From Eledone cirrhosa (taxonomy: Eukaryota), in assembly GCA_964016885.1 (NCBI GenBank), contig OZ024755.1:39370001-39434000 (forward strand): a stretch of 64,000 nt of DNA, in the 5' to 3' direction. How positions within the stretch are numbered: position 1 is the stretch's first letter; each line of letters opens with the position of its first letter. The notes under the pieces were generated by a model. The model did no database searches. It had not been told where the DNA came from and worked only from the letters and a program-made list of their open reading frames with translations. Below are positions 36,901 to 53,466 of the stretch, piece by piece. The translations under genes and the position numbers were made by a program.

Positions 36901-39900
36901 CACACCTGCCACACTAACAACACTACCTGACACACTAACAACACTACCTGACACACTAACAACACTACCTGACACACTAACAACACTACCTGACACACTA
37001 ACAACAATACCTGACACACTAACAACACTACCTGACACACTAACAACACTACCTGACACACTAACAACACTACCTGACACACTAACAACACTACCTGACA
37101 CACTAACGACACTACCTGACACACTAACAACATTACCTGACACACTAACAACCCTACCTGACACACTAACAACACTACCTGACACACTAACAACACTGCC
37201 TGACACACAAACAACACTACCTGACACACTAACAACATTACCTGACACACTAACAACCCTACCTGACACACTAACAACATTACCTGACACACTAACAACC
37301 CTACCTGACACACTAACAACATTACCTGACACACTAACAACACTACCTGACACACTAACAACATTACCTGACACACTAACAACCCTACCTGACACACTAA
37401 CAACCCTACCTGACACACTAACAACACTGCCTGACACACTAACAACACTACCTGACACACTAACAACACTGCCTGACACACTAACAACACTACCTGACAC
37501 ACTAACAACATTACCTGACACACTAACAACCCTACCTGACACACTAACAACACTACCTGACACACTAACAACACTGCCTGACACACTAACAACACTACCT
37601 GACACACTAACAACATTACCTGACACACTAACAACCCTACCTGACACACTAACAACACTACCTGCCACACTAACAACACTGCCTGACACACTAACAACAC
37701 TACCTGACACACTAACAACACTACCTGACACACTAACAACACTACCTGACACACTAACAACACTACCTGACACACTAACACCATTACCTGACACACTAAC
37801 AACCCTACCTGACACACTAACAACACTACCTGACACACTAACAACACTGCCTGACACACTAACAACACTACCTGACACACTAACAACACTACCTGCCACA
37901 CTAACAACACTAGCTATCACACTAACAACACTACCTGACACACTAACAACACTACCTGACACACTAACAACACTACCTGACACACTAACAACACTACCTG
38001 ACACACTAACAACACTACCTGACACACTAACAACACTAGCTATCACACTAACAACACTACCTGACACACTAACAACACTACCTGACACACTAACAACCCT
38101 ACCTGACACACTAACAACACTACCTGCCACACTAACAACACTGCCTGACACACTAACAACACTACCTGACACACTAACAACACTACCTGACACACTAACA
38201 ACACTACCTGACACACTAACAACACTACCTGACACACTAACAACACTAGCTATCACACTAACAACACTACCTGACACACTAACAACACACCTGCCACACT
38301 AACAACACTACCTGACACACTAACAACACTACCTGACACACTAGCAACACTACCTGTCACACTAACAACACTACCTGTCACACTAACAACACTACCTGAC
38401 ACACTAACAACACGACCTGACACACTAACAACACTACCTGACACACTAACAACACTACCTGACACACTAACAACACTACCAATCACACTAACAACACTGC
38501 CTGCCACACTAGCAACACTACCTGTCACACTAACAACACTACCTGTCACACTAACAGCACTACCTGACACACTAACAACACTACCTGACACAATAACAAC
38601 ACTACCTGACACACTAACAACACTACCTGACACACTAACAACACGACCTGACACACTAACAACACTACCTGCCACACTAGCAACACTACCTGACACACTA
38701 ACAACACTACCTGACACACTAACAACACTACCTGACACACTAACAACACTACCTGACACACTAACAACACTACCTGACACACTAACAACACTACCTGACA
38801 CACTAACAACACTACCAATCACACTAACAACACTGCCTGCCACACTAGCAACACTACCTGACACACTAGCAACACTACCTGACACACTAACAACACTACC
38901 AATCACACTAACAACACTGCCTGCCACACTAGCAACACTACCTGACACACTAACAACACTACCTGACACACTAACAACACTACCTATCACACTAACAACA
39001 CTGCCTGCCACACTAGCAACACTACCTACCACACTAACAACACTACCAATCACACTAACAACACTGCCTGCCACACTAGCAACACTACCTGACACACTAA
39101 CAACACTACTTGACACACTAACAACACTACCTATCACACTAACAACACTGCCTGCCACACTAGCAACACTACCTGACACACTAACAACACTACCTGACAC
39201 ACTAACAACACTACCTGACACACTAACAACACTACCTATCACACTAACAACACTACCTGACACACTAACAACACTACCTGACACACTAACAACACTACCT
39301 GACACACTAACAACACTACCTGACACACTAACAACACTACCTATCACACTAACAACACTACCTGACACACTAACAACACTACCAATCACACTAACAACAC
39401 TACCTGACACACTAACAACACTACCTGACACACTAACAACACTACCTATCACACTAACAACACTACCTGACACACTAACAACACTACCTTACACACTAAC
39501 AACACTACCTGACACACTAACAACACTACCTGACACACTAACAAAACTACCTGACACACTAACAACACTACCTGACACACTAACAACACTACCTGACACA
39601 CTAACAACACTACCAATCACACTAACAACACTACCTGACACACTAACAACACTACCTGACACACTAACAACACTACCAATCACACTAACAACACTACCTG
39701 ACACACTAACAACACTACCTGACACACTAACAACACTACCTATCACACTAACAACACTACCTGACACACTAACAACACTACCTGACACACTAACAACACT
39801 ACCTGACACACTAACAACACTACCTGACACACTAACAACACTACCTGACACACTAACAACACTACCTATCACACTAACAACACTACCTGACACACTAACA

Positions 39901-40599
39901 ACACTACCTGACACACTAACAACACTACCTGACACACTAGCAACACTACCTGCCACACTAACAACACTACCTGCCACACTAGCAACACTACCTGCCACAC
40001 TAACAACACTACCTGCCACACTAACAACACTACCTGACACACTAACAACACTACCTGACACACTAACAACACTACCTGCCACACTAACAACACTACTTAT
40101 CACCCTAACAACACTACCTGACACACTAACAACACTACCTGACACACTAACAACACTACCTGACACACTAGCAACACTACCTACCACACTAACAACACTA
40201 CCAATCACACTAACAACACTACCTGACACACTAACAACACTACCAATCACACTAACAACACTGCCTGCCACACTAACAACACTACCTGACACACTAACAA
40301 CACTACCTGACACACTAACAACACTACCTGACACACTAACAACACTACCTGACACACTAACAACACTACCTGACACACTAACAACACAACCTGCCACACT
40401 AACAACACTACCTGACACACTAACAACACTACCTGACACACTAACAACACTACCTATCACACTAACAACACTACCTGACACACTAACAACACTACCTGAC
40501 ACACTAACAACACTACCTGACACACTAACAACACAACCTGCCACACTAACAACACTACCTGACACACTAACAACACTACCTGACACACTAACAACACTA

Positions 40600-43500
40600 C
40601 CTATCACACTAACAACACTACCTGACACACTAACAACACTACCTATCACACTAACAACACTACCTGACACACTAACAACACTACCTGACACACTAACAAC
40701 ACTACCTGACACACTAACAACACAACCTGCCACACTAACAACACTACCTGACACACTAACAACACAAACTGCCACACTAACAACACTACCTGACACACTA
40801 ACAACACTACCTGACACACTAACAACACTACCTATCACACTAACAACACTACCTGACACACTAACAACACTACCTATCACACTAACAACACTACCTGACA
40901 CACTAACAACACTACCTGACACACTAACAACACAACCTGCCACACTAACAACACAACCTGCCACACTAACAACACTACCTGACACACTAACAACACTACC
41001 TATCACACTAACAACACTGCCTGCCACACTAACAACACTACCTGACACACTAACAACACTACCTGACACACTAACAACACTACCTGACACACTAACAACA
41101 CTACCAATCACACTAACAACACTGCCTGCCACACTAGCAACACTACCTGACACACTAACAACACTACCTGACACACTAACAACACTACCAATCACACTAA
41201 CAACACTGCCTGCCACACTAGCAACACTACCTGACACACTAACAACACTACCTGACACACTAACAACACTACCTGACACACTAACAACACTACCTGACAC
41301 ACTAACAACACTACCTGACACACTAACAACACTACCTGACACACTAACAACACTACCTGACACACTAACAACACTACCTGACACACTAACAACACTACCT
41401 GACACACTAGCAACACTACCTACCACACTAACAACACTACCTGACACACTAACAACACTACCTGACACACTAACAACACTACCTGACACACTAACAACAC
41501 TACCTGACACACTAACAACACTACCTGACACACTAACAACACTGCCTGCCACACTAACAACACTACTTGACACACTAACAACACTACCTGACACACTAAC
41601 AACACTACCTGACACACTAACAACACTACCTGACACACTAACAACACTACCTGACACACTAACAACACTACCTGACACACTAACAACACTACCTGACACA
41701 CTAACAACACTGCCTGCCACACTAACAACACTACCTGACACACTAACAATACTACCTGACACACTAACAACACTACCTGACACACTAACAACACTACCTG
41801 ACACACTAACAACACTACCAATCACACTAACAACACTGCCTGCCACACTAGCAACACTACCTGACACACTAACAACACTACCTATCACACTAACAACACT
41901 ACCTGACACACTAACAACACTGCCTGCCACACTAACAACACTACCAATCACACTAACAACACTGCCTGCCACACTAACAACACTACCTGACACACTAACA
42001 ACACTACCTGACACACTAACAACACTACCTGACACACTAACAACACTACCTGACACACTAACAACACTACCTGACACACTAACAACACTACCTATCACAC
42101 TAACAACACTACCTGTCACACTAACAACACTACCAATCACACTAACAACACTGCCTGCCACACTAACAACACTACCAATCACACTAACAACACTACCTGA
42201 CACACTAACAACACTACCTGACACACTAACAACACTACCTGACACACTAACAACACTACCTGACACACTAACAACACTACCTGACACACTAGCAACACTA
42301 CCTACCACACTAACAACACTACCTGCCACACTAACAACACTACCTGACACACTAACAACACTACCTGACACACTAACAACACTACCTGACACACTAACAA
42401 CACTACCTGACACACTAACAACACTACCTGACACACTACCAACACTACCTGACACACTAACAACACTACCAATCACACTAACAACACTGCCTGCCACACT
42501 AACAACACTACCTGCCACACTAACAACACTATCTGACACACTAACAACACTACCAATCACACTAACAACACTGCCTGCCACACTAACAACACTACCTGCC
42601 ACACTAACAACACTACCAATCACACTAACAACACTACCTGACACACTAACAACACTACCTGACACACTAACAACACTACCTGACACACTAACAACACTAC
42701 CTGACACACTAACAACACTACCTGCCACACTAACAACACTACCTGACACACTAACAACACTACCTGACACACTAACAACACTACCTGCCACACTAACAAC
42801 ACTACCTGACACACTAACAACACTACCTGACACACTAACAACACTACCTGACACACTAACAACACTACCTGACACACTAACAACACTACCTGACACACTA
42901 GCAACACTACCTACCACACTAACAACACTACCTGACACACTACCAACACTACCTGACACACTAACAACACTACCAATCACACTAACAACACTGCCTGCCA
43001 CACTAACAACACTACCTGCCACACTAACAACACTATCTGACACACTAACAACAATACCAATCACACTAACAACACTGCCTGCCACACAACAACACTACCT
43101 GCCACACTAACAACACTACCTGACACACTAACAACACAACCTGACACACTAACAACACTACGTGACACACTAACAACACTACCTGACACACTAACAACAC
43201 TACCTGACACACTAACAACACTACCTGACACACTAACAACACTGCCTGACACACTAACAACACTACCAATCACACTAACAACACTACCTGACACACTAAC
43301 AACACTACCAATCACACTAACAACACTACCTGACACACTAACAACACTACCTACCACACTAACAACACTACCTGACACACTAACAACACTACCTGACACA
43401 CTAACACCACTACCTGACACACTAACAACACTGCCTGACACACTAACAACACTACCTGACACACTAACAACACTGCCTGACACACTAACAACACTACCTG

Positions 43501-46500
43501 ACACACTAACAACACTACCTGACACACTAACAACACTACCTGACACACTAACAACACTGCCTGACACACTAACAACACTACCTGACACACTAACAACACT
43601 ATCTGACACACTAACAACACTACCTACCACACTAACAACACTACCTGACACACTAACAACACTACCTGACACACTAACAACACTACCTGACACACTAACA
43701 ACACTACCTGACACACTAACTACACTACCCGACACACTAACAACACTACCTGACACACTAACAACACTACCTGACACACTAACAACACTACCTGACACAC
43801 TAACAATACTACCTGCCACACTAACAACACTACCTGACACACTAACAACACTACCTGACACACTAACAACACTACCTGACACATTAACAACACTACCTGA
43901 CACACTAACAACACTACCTGACACACTAACAACACTACCTGACACACTAACAACACTACCTGACACACTAACAACACTGCCTGCCACACTAACAACACTA
44001 CCTGACACACTAACAACACTACCTGACACACTAGCAACACTACCTACCACACTAACAACACTACCTGACACACTAACAACACTACCTGACACACTAACAA
44101 CACTACCTGACACACTAACAACACTGCCTGCCACACTAACAACACTACCTGACACACTAACAACACTACCTGCCACACTAACAACACTACCTGACACACT
44201 AACAACACTACCTGACACACTAACAACACTGCCTGCCACACTAACAACACTACCTGACACACTAACAATACTACCTGCCACACTAACAACACTACCTGAC
44301 ACACTAACAACACTACCTACCACACTAACAACACTACCTGCCACACTAACAACACTACCTGACACAATAACAACACTGCCTGACACACTAACAACACTAC
44401 CTGCCACACTAACAACACTACCTGACACACTAACAACACTGCCTGACACACTAACAACACTACCTGACACACTAACAACACTACCTACCACACTAACAAC
44501 ACTACCTGCCACACTAACAACACTACCTGACACACTAACAACACTACCTGACACACTAACATCACTACCTGACACACTAACAACACTGCCTGACACACTA
44601 ACAACACTACCTGACACACTAACAACACTACCTGACACACTAGCAACACTACCTGCCACACTAACAACACTACCTGACACACTAACAACACTGCCTGACA
44701 CACTAACAACACTACCTGACACACTAACAACACTACCTGCCACACTAACAACACTACCTGACACACTAACAACACTGCCTGACACACTAACAACACTACC
44801 TGACACACTAACAACACTACCTGACACACTAACAACACTGCCTGACACACTAACAACACTACCTGACACACTAACAACACTACCTACCACACTAACAACA
44901 CTACCTGCCACACTAACAACACTACCTGACACACTAACAACACTACCTGACACACTAACATCACTACCTGACACACTAACAACACTGCCTGACACACTAA
45001 CAACACTACCTGACACACTAACAACACTACCTGACACACTAGCAACACTACCTGCCACACTAACAACACTACCTGACACACTAACAACACTGCCTGACAC
45101 ACTAACAACACTACCTGACACACTAACAACACTACCTGCCACACTAACAACACTACCTGACACACTAACAACACTGCCTGACACACTAACAACACTACCT
45201 GACACACTAACAACACTACCTGACACACTAACAACACTGCCTGACACACTAACAACACTGCCTGACACACTAACAACACTACCTGACACACAAACAACAC
45301 TACCTGACACACTAACAACACTACCTGACACACTAACAACACTGCCTGACACACTAACAACACTACCTACCACACTAACAACACTACCTGCCACACTAAC
45401 AACACTACCTGACACACTAACAACACTGCCTGACACACTAACAACACTACCTGACACACTAGCAACACTACCTGACACACTAACAACACTACCTGACACA
45501 CTAGCAACACTACCTGACACACTAACAACACTACCTGACACACTAACAACACTACCTGACACACTAGCAACACTACCTGACACACTAACAACACTACCTG
45601 ACACACTAGCAACACTACCTGACACACTAACAACACTACCTGACACACTAACAACACTACCTGACACACTAGCAACACTACCTGACACACTAACAACACT
45701 ACCTGACACACTAACAACACTACCTGCCACACTAACAACACTACCTGACACACTAACAACACTACCTGACACACTAACAACACTACCTGACACACTAACA
45801 ACACTACCTGACACACTAACAACACTACCAATCACACTAACAACACTGCCTGACACACTAGCAACACTACCTGACACACTAACAACACTACCTGACACAC
45901 TAACAACACTACCTGCCACACTAACAACACTACCTGACACACTAACAACACTACCTGACACACTAACAACACTACCTGCCACACTAACAACACTACCTGA
46001 CACACTAACAACACTACCTGACACACTACCAACACTACCTGACACACTACCAACACTACCAATCACACTAACAACACTGCCTGCCACACTAACAACACTA
46101 CCTGCCACACTAACAACACTACCTGACACACTAACAACACTACCTGACACACTAACAACACTACCTGACACACTAACAACACTACCTATCACACTAACAA
46201 CACTACCTGACACACTAACAACACTACCTGACACACTAACAACACTACCTGACACACTAACAACACAACCTGCCACACTAACAACACTACCTGACACACT
46301 AACAACACAACCTGCCACACTAACAACACTACCTGACACACTAACAACACTACCTGACACACTAACAACACTACCTATCACACTAACAACACTACCTGAC
46401 ACACTAACAACACTACCTATCACACTAACAACACTACCTGACACACTAACAACACTACCTGACACACTAACAATACAACCTGCCACACTAACAACACAAC

Positions 46501-49500
46501 CTGCCACACTAACAACACTACCTGACACACTAACAACACTACCTATCACACTAACAACACTGCCTGCCACACTAACAACACTACCTGACACACTAACAAC
46601 ACTACCTGACACACTAACAACACTACCTGACACACTAACAACACTACCAATCACACTAACAACACTGCCTGCCACACTAGCAACACTACCTGACACACTA
46701 ACAACACTACCTGACACACTAACAACACTACCAATCACACTAACAACACTGCCTGCCACACTAGCAACACTACCTGACACACTAACAACACTACCTGACA
46801 CACTAACAACACTACCTGACACACTAACAACACTACCTGACACACTAACAACACTACCTGACACACTAACAACACTACCTGACACACTAACAACACTACC
46901 TGACACACTAACAACACTACCTGACACACTAACAACACTACCTGCCACACTAACAACACTACCTGACACACTAACAACACTACCTGACACACTAACAACA
47001 CTACCTGACACACTAACAACACTACCTGACACACTAACAACACTACCTGACACACTAACAACACTACCTGACACACTAACAACACTACCTGACACACTAA
47101 CAACACTGCCTGCCACACTAACAACACTACTTGACACACTAACAACACTACCTGACACACTAACAACACTACCTGACACACTAACAACACTACCTGACAC
47201 ACTAACAACACTACCTGACACACTAACAACACTACCTGACACACTAACAACACTACCTGACACACTAACAACACTGCCTGCCACACTAACAACACTACCT
47301 GACACACTAACAATACTACCTGACACACTAACAACACTACCTGACACACTAACAACACTACCTGACACACTAACAACACTACCAATCACACTAACAACAC
47401 TGCCTGCCACACTAGCAACACTACCTGACACACTAACAACACTACCTATCACACTAACAACACTACCTGACACACTAACAACACTGCCTGCCACACTAAC
47501 AACACTACCAATCACACTAACAACACTGCCTGCCACACTAACAACACTACCTGACACACTAACAACACTACCTGACACACTAACAACACTACCTGACACA
47601 CTAACAACACTACCTGACACACTAACAACACTACCTGACACACTAACAACACTACCTATCACACTAACAACACTACCTGTCACACTAACAACACTACCAA
47701 TCACACTAACAACACTGCCTGCCACACTAACAACACTACCAATCACACTAACAACACTACCTGACACACTAACAACACTACCTGACACACTAACAACACT
47801 ACCTGACACACTAACAACACTACCTGACACACTAACAACACTACCTGACACACTAGCAACACTACCTACCACACTAACAACACTACCTGCCACACTAACA
47901 ACACTACCTGACACACTAACAACACTACCTGACACACTAACAACACTACCTGCCACACTAACAACACTACCTGACACACTAACAACACTACCTGACACAC
48001 TAACAACACTACCTGACACACTAACAACACTACCTGACACACTAACAACACTACCTGACACACTAACAACACTACCAATCACACTAACAACACTGCCTGC
48101 CACACTAACAACACTACCTGCCACACTAACAACACTATCTGACACACTAACAACACTACCAATCACACTAACAACACTGCCTGCCACACTAACAACACTA
48201 CCTGCCACACTAACAACACTACCAATCACACTAACAACACTACCTGACACACTAACAACACTACCTGACACACTATCAACACTACCTGACACACTAACAA
48301 CACTACCTGACACACTAACAACACTACCTGACACACTAACAACACTACCTGCCACACTAACAACACTACCTGACACACTAACAACACTACCTGACACACT
48401 AACAACACTACCTGCCACACTAACAACACTACCTGACACACTAACAACACTACCTGACACACTAACAACACTACCTGCCACACTAACAACACTACCTGAC
48501 ACACTAACAACACTACCTGACACACTAACAACACTACCTGACACACTAACAACACTACCTGACACACTAACAACACTACCTGACACACTAGCAACACTAC
48601 CTACCACACTAACAACACTACCTGACACACTAACAACACTACCTGACACACTAACAACACTGCCTGACACACTAACAACACTACCAATCACACTAACAAC
48701 ACTACCTGACACACTAACAACACTACCAATCACACTAACAACACTACCTACCACACTAACAACACTACCTGACACACTAACAACACTACCTGACACACTA
48801 ACAACACTACCTGACACACTAACAACACTGCCTGACACACTAACAACACTACCTGACACACTAACAACACTGCCTGACACACTAACAACACTACCTGACA
48901 CACTAACAACACTACCTGACACACTAACAACACTACCTGACACACTAACAACACTGCCTGACACACTAACAACACTACCTGACACACAAACAACACTATC
49001 TGACACACTAACAACACTACCTACCACACTAACAACACTACCTGACACACTAACAACACTACCTGACACACTAACAACACTACCTGACACACTAACAACA
49101 CTACCTGACACACTAACTACACTACCCGACACACTAACAACACTACCTGACACACTAACAACACTACCTGACACACTAACAACACTACCTGACACACTAA
49201 CAATACTACCTGCCACACTAACAACACTACCTGACACACTAACAACACTACCTGACACACTAACAACACTACCTGACACATTAACAACACTACCTGACAC
49301 ACTAACAACACTACCTGACACACTAACAACACTACCTGACACACTAACAACACTACCTGACACACTAACAACACTACCTGACACACTAACAACACTACCT
49401 GACACACTAACAACACTGCCTGCCACACTAACAACACTACCTGACACACTAACAACACTACCTGACACACTAGCAACACTACCTACCACACTAACAACAC

Positions 49501-51000
49501 TACCTGACACACTAACAACACTACCTGACACACTAACAACACTACCTGACACACTAACAACACTGCCTGCCACACTAACAACACTACCTGACACACTAAC
49601 AACACTACCTGCCACACTAACAACACTACCTGACACACTAACAACACTACCTGACACACTAACAACACTGCCTGCCACACTAACAACACTACCTGACACA
49701 CTAACAATACTACCTGCCACACTAACAACACTACCTGACACACTAACAACACTACCTACCACACTAACAACACTACCTGCCACACTAACAACACTACCTG
49801 ACACAATAACAACACTGCCTGACACACTAACAACACTACCTGACACACTAACATCACTACCTGACACACTAACAACACTGCCTGACACACTAACAACACT
49901 ACCTGACACACTAACAACACTACCTGACACACTAACAACACTACCTGCCACACTAACAACACTACCTGACACACTAACAACACTACCTGACACACTAACA
50001 TCACTACCTGACACACTAACAACACTGCCTGACACACTAACAACACTACCTGACACACTAACAACACTACCTGACACACTAGCAACACTACCTGCCACAC
50101 TAACAACACTACCTGACACACTAACAACACTGCCTGACACACTAACAACACTACCTGACACACTAACAACACTACCTGCCACACTAACAACACTACCTGA
50201 CACACTAACAACACTGCCTGACACACTAACAACACTACCTACCACACTAACAACACTACCTGCCACACTAACAACACTACCTGACACACTAACAACACTG
50301 CCTGACACACTAACAACACTACCTGACACACTAGCAACACTACCTGACACACTAACAACACTACCTGACACACTAGCAACACTACCTGACACACTAACAA
50401 CATTACCTGACACACTAACAACACTACCTGACACACTAGCAACACTACCTGGCACACTAACAACACTACCTGACACACTAGCAACACTACCTGACACACT
50501 AACAACACTACCTGACACACTAACAACACTACCTGACACACTAGCAACACTACCTGACACGCTAACAACACTACCTGACACACTAACAACACTACCTGCC
50601 ACACTAACAACACTACCTGACACACTAACAACACTACCTGACACACTAACAACACTACCTGACACACTAACAACACTACCTGACACACTAACAACACTAC
50701 CAATCACACTAACAACACTGCCTGCCACACTAGCAACACTACCTGACACACTAACAACACTACCTGACACACTAACAACACTACCTGCCACACTAACAAC
50801 ACTACCTGACACACTAACAACACTACCTGACACACTAACAACACTACCTGCCACACTAACAACACTACCTGACACACTAACAACACTACCTGACACACTA
50901 ACAACACTACCTGACACACTACCAACACTACCTGACACACTACCAACACTACCAATCACACTAACAACACTGCCTGCCACACTAACAACTCTACCTGCCA
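40600..51000. repeat. Older imperfect higher-order duplication within the satellite, ~4.9-5.5 kb period (boundaries approximate)
   Basis: Matching ORF/variant strings at 40646/46189 (5543), 43351/48748 (5397), 44044/49483 (5439) and 45367/50239 (4872). The rare unit ACTACACTACCCGAC occurs at ~43719 and ~49116. Confidence 0.85.
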
Positions 51001-52673
51001 CACTAACAACACTACCTGACACACTAACAACACTACCAATCACACTAACAACACTACCTGACACACTAACAACACTACCTGACACACTAACAACACTACC
51101 TGACACACTAACAACACTACCTGACACACTAACAACACTACCTGACACACTAACAACACTACCTGACACACTAACAACACTACCAATCACACTAACAACA
51201 CTACCTGACACACTAACAACACTACCTGACACACTAACAACACTACCTGACACACTAACAACACTACCTGACACACTAACAACACTACCTGACACACTAA
51301 CAACACTACCTGACACACTAACAACACTACCTGACACACTAACAACACTACCAATCACACTAACAACACTGCCTGTCACACTAACAACACTACCTGACAC
51401 ACTAACAACACTACCTGACACACTAACAACACTACCAATCACACTAACAACACTGCCTGCCACACTAACAACACTACCTGACACACTAACAACACTACCT
51501 GACACACTAACAACACTACCAATCACACTAACAACACTACCTGACACACTAACAACACTACCTGACACACTAACAACACTACCAATCACACTAACAACAC
51601 TGCCTGACACACTAACAACACTACCTGACACACTAACAACACTACCAATCACACTAACAACACTACCTGACACACTAACAACACTACCTGACGCACTAAC
51701 AACACTACCTGTCACACTAACAACACTACCTGACACACTAACAACACTACCTGACACACTAACAACACTACCTGACACACTAACAACACTACCTGACACA
51801 CTAACAACACTACCTATCACACTAACAACACTACCTGACACACTAACAACACTACCTGACACACTAACAACACTACCTGTCACACTAACAACACTACCTG
51901 ACACACTAACATCACTACCTGACACACTAACAACACTACCTGACACACTAACAACACTACCTGACACACTAACAACACTACCTGACACACTAACAACACT
52001 ACCTGACACACTAACAACACAACCCGACACACTAACAACACTACCTGACACACTCAGAGCACTACCTGACACACTAACAACACTACCTATCACACTAACA
52101 ACACTACCTATCACACTAACAACACTACCTGACACACTAACAACACTACCTGACACACTAACATCACTACCTGACACACTAACAACACTACCTGACACAC
52201 TAACGACACTACCCGACACACTAACAACACTACCTGACACACTAACAACACTACCTGACACACTAACAACACAACCCGACACACTAACAACACTACCTGA
52301 CACACTAACAACACTACCTGACACACTCAGAGCACTACCTGACACACTAACAACACTACCTATCACACTAACATCACTACCTATCACACTAACAACACTA
52401 CCTGACACACTAACAACACAACCCGACACACTAACAACACTACCTGACACACTCAGAGCACTACCTGACACACTAACAACACTACCTATCACACTAACAA
52501 CACTACCTATCACACTAACAACACCACCCGACACACTAACAACACTACCTGACACACTAACAACACTACCTACCACACTAACAACACCACCCGACACACT
52601 AACAACACTTCCTGCCACACTAACAACACCACCCGACACACTAACAACACTACCTACCACACTAACAACACTA

Positions 52674-52913
52674 CAGCAGTTGTAGCCAAAATAATAGTAG
52701 CAGCAGTATTAGTAGTAGCAGCAGCAGCAGTAACAATAGTAGCAGCAGTAGCAGCAGTAGCACTAGTAGCAACAATAATAGTAGCAACAGTATTAGAAGT
52801 ATTAGTATCAGCAGCAGTAGCAGTAGCAGTAGAAGCATCATTAGTTACAGCAGCATTAACAACAGCAGCAGCAGCAGTAGCAATTGTAGCAGTAGCAGCA
52901 GCAGCAGCAGTAG
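52674..52913. repeat. Compound trinucleotide microsatellite (GCA/GTA/ATA/ACA)n abutting the satellite end
   Basis: Runs such as GCAGCAGCAGCAGTAGCA and GTAGCAACAATAATAGTA. These give the spurious poly-Ala/Thr and poly-Leu ORFs. Confidence 0.95.
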
Positions 52914-53269
52914 TGTTATACAAGACATCAGAGGGAATATAAATACCAAGCAAACATCTAATGGTGGTAGTTGTAAAAGTTTATGATTTTTCACGTTAAA
53001 CGAATGCTGGAAACATCGGTGACTCATTAAAGGAAACGATTTGTAGCTTTAGTCATAATTAAAAGCGTATTAAATGTCAGCGTTTTTAATTACAATATAA
53101 TTAGTGACCATTATTGAATAAATATATCTTTACGGAGACTATCAAATTCTGGTCTGCATCTCTACCTATCATTGTCTGTAGATACTTATGTATTTACATA
53201 TGTCTTTATCATATAGTTATCTCTCTAAACACTATCTCTACCTATATATCCCCCTATCTATCCTCATAG

Positions 53270-53279
53270 CTATCTATCA

Positions 53280-53369
<90 letters not shown>

Positions 53370-53411
53370 AAAAGAAACATATCTATCTATCTATCTATAT
53401 CTATCTATCTA

Positions 53412-53466
<55 letters not shown>

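Larger units (their letters stand above)
1..52673. repeat. Giant 21-bp tandem repeat (satellite/minisatellite), consensus CTACCTGACACACTAACAACA, about 2,500 units, continuing beyond the left window edge
   Basis: The unit is read directly throughout. Only point variants, 20-bp units (1-nt deletion) and 9-bp partial units interrupt it. The last CTA is at 52671-52673. The + strand is strongly A/C-rich (1 G per consensus unit). Confidence 0.99.

Noticed and set aside
82-52660. Very long minus-strand ORFs (VSGSVVS)n and (LLVCQVV)n, up to 3458 aa
   Set aside because: They are automatic products of a 21-nt unit. They start at GTG/TTG/CTG rather than ATG, switch frame at 1-nt deletions, include a nonsense variant (TAA at 39489) and have no non-repetitive domain.
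1-52673. CRISPR array
   Set aside because: Units are contiguous with no unique spacers, no leader and no cas genes, and the context is eukaryotic.
52654-53027. Ala/Thr-rich (antifreeze-like) and poly-Leu ORFs
   Set aside because: They are translations of the trinucleotide microsatellite.
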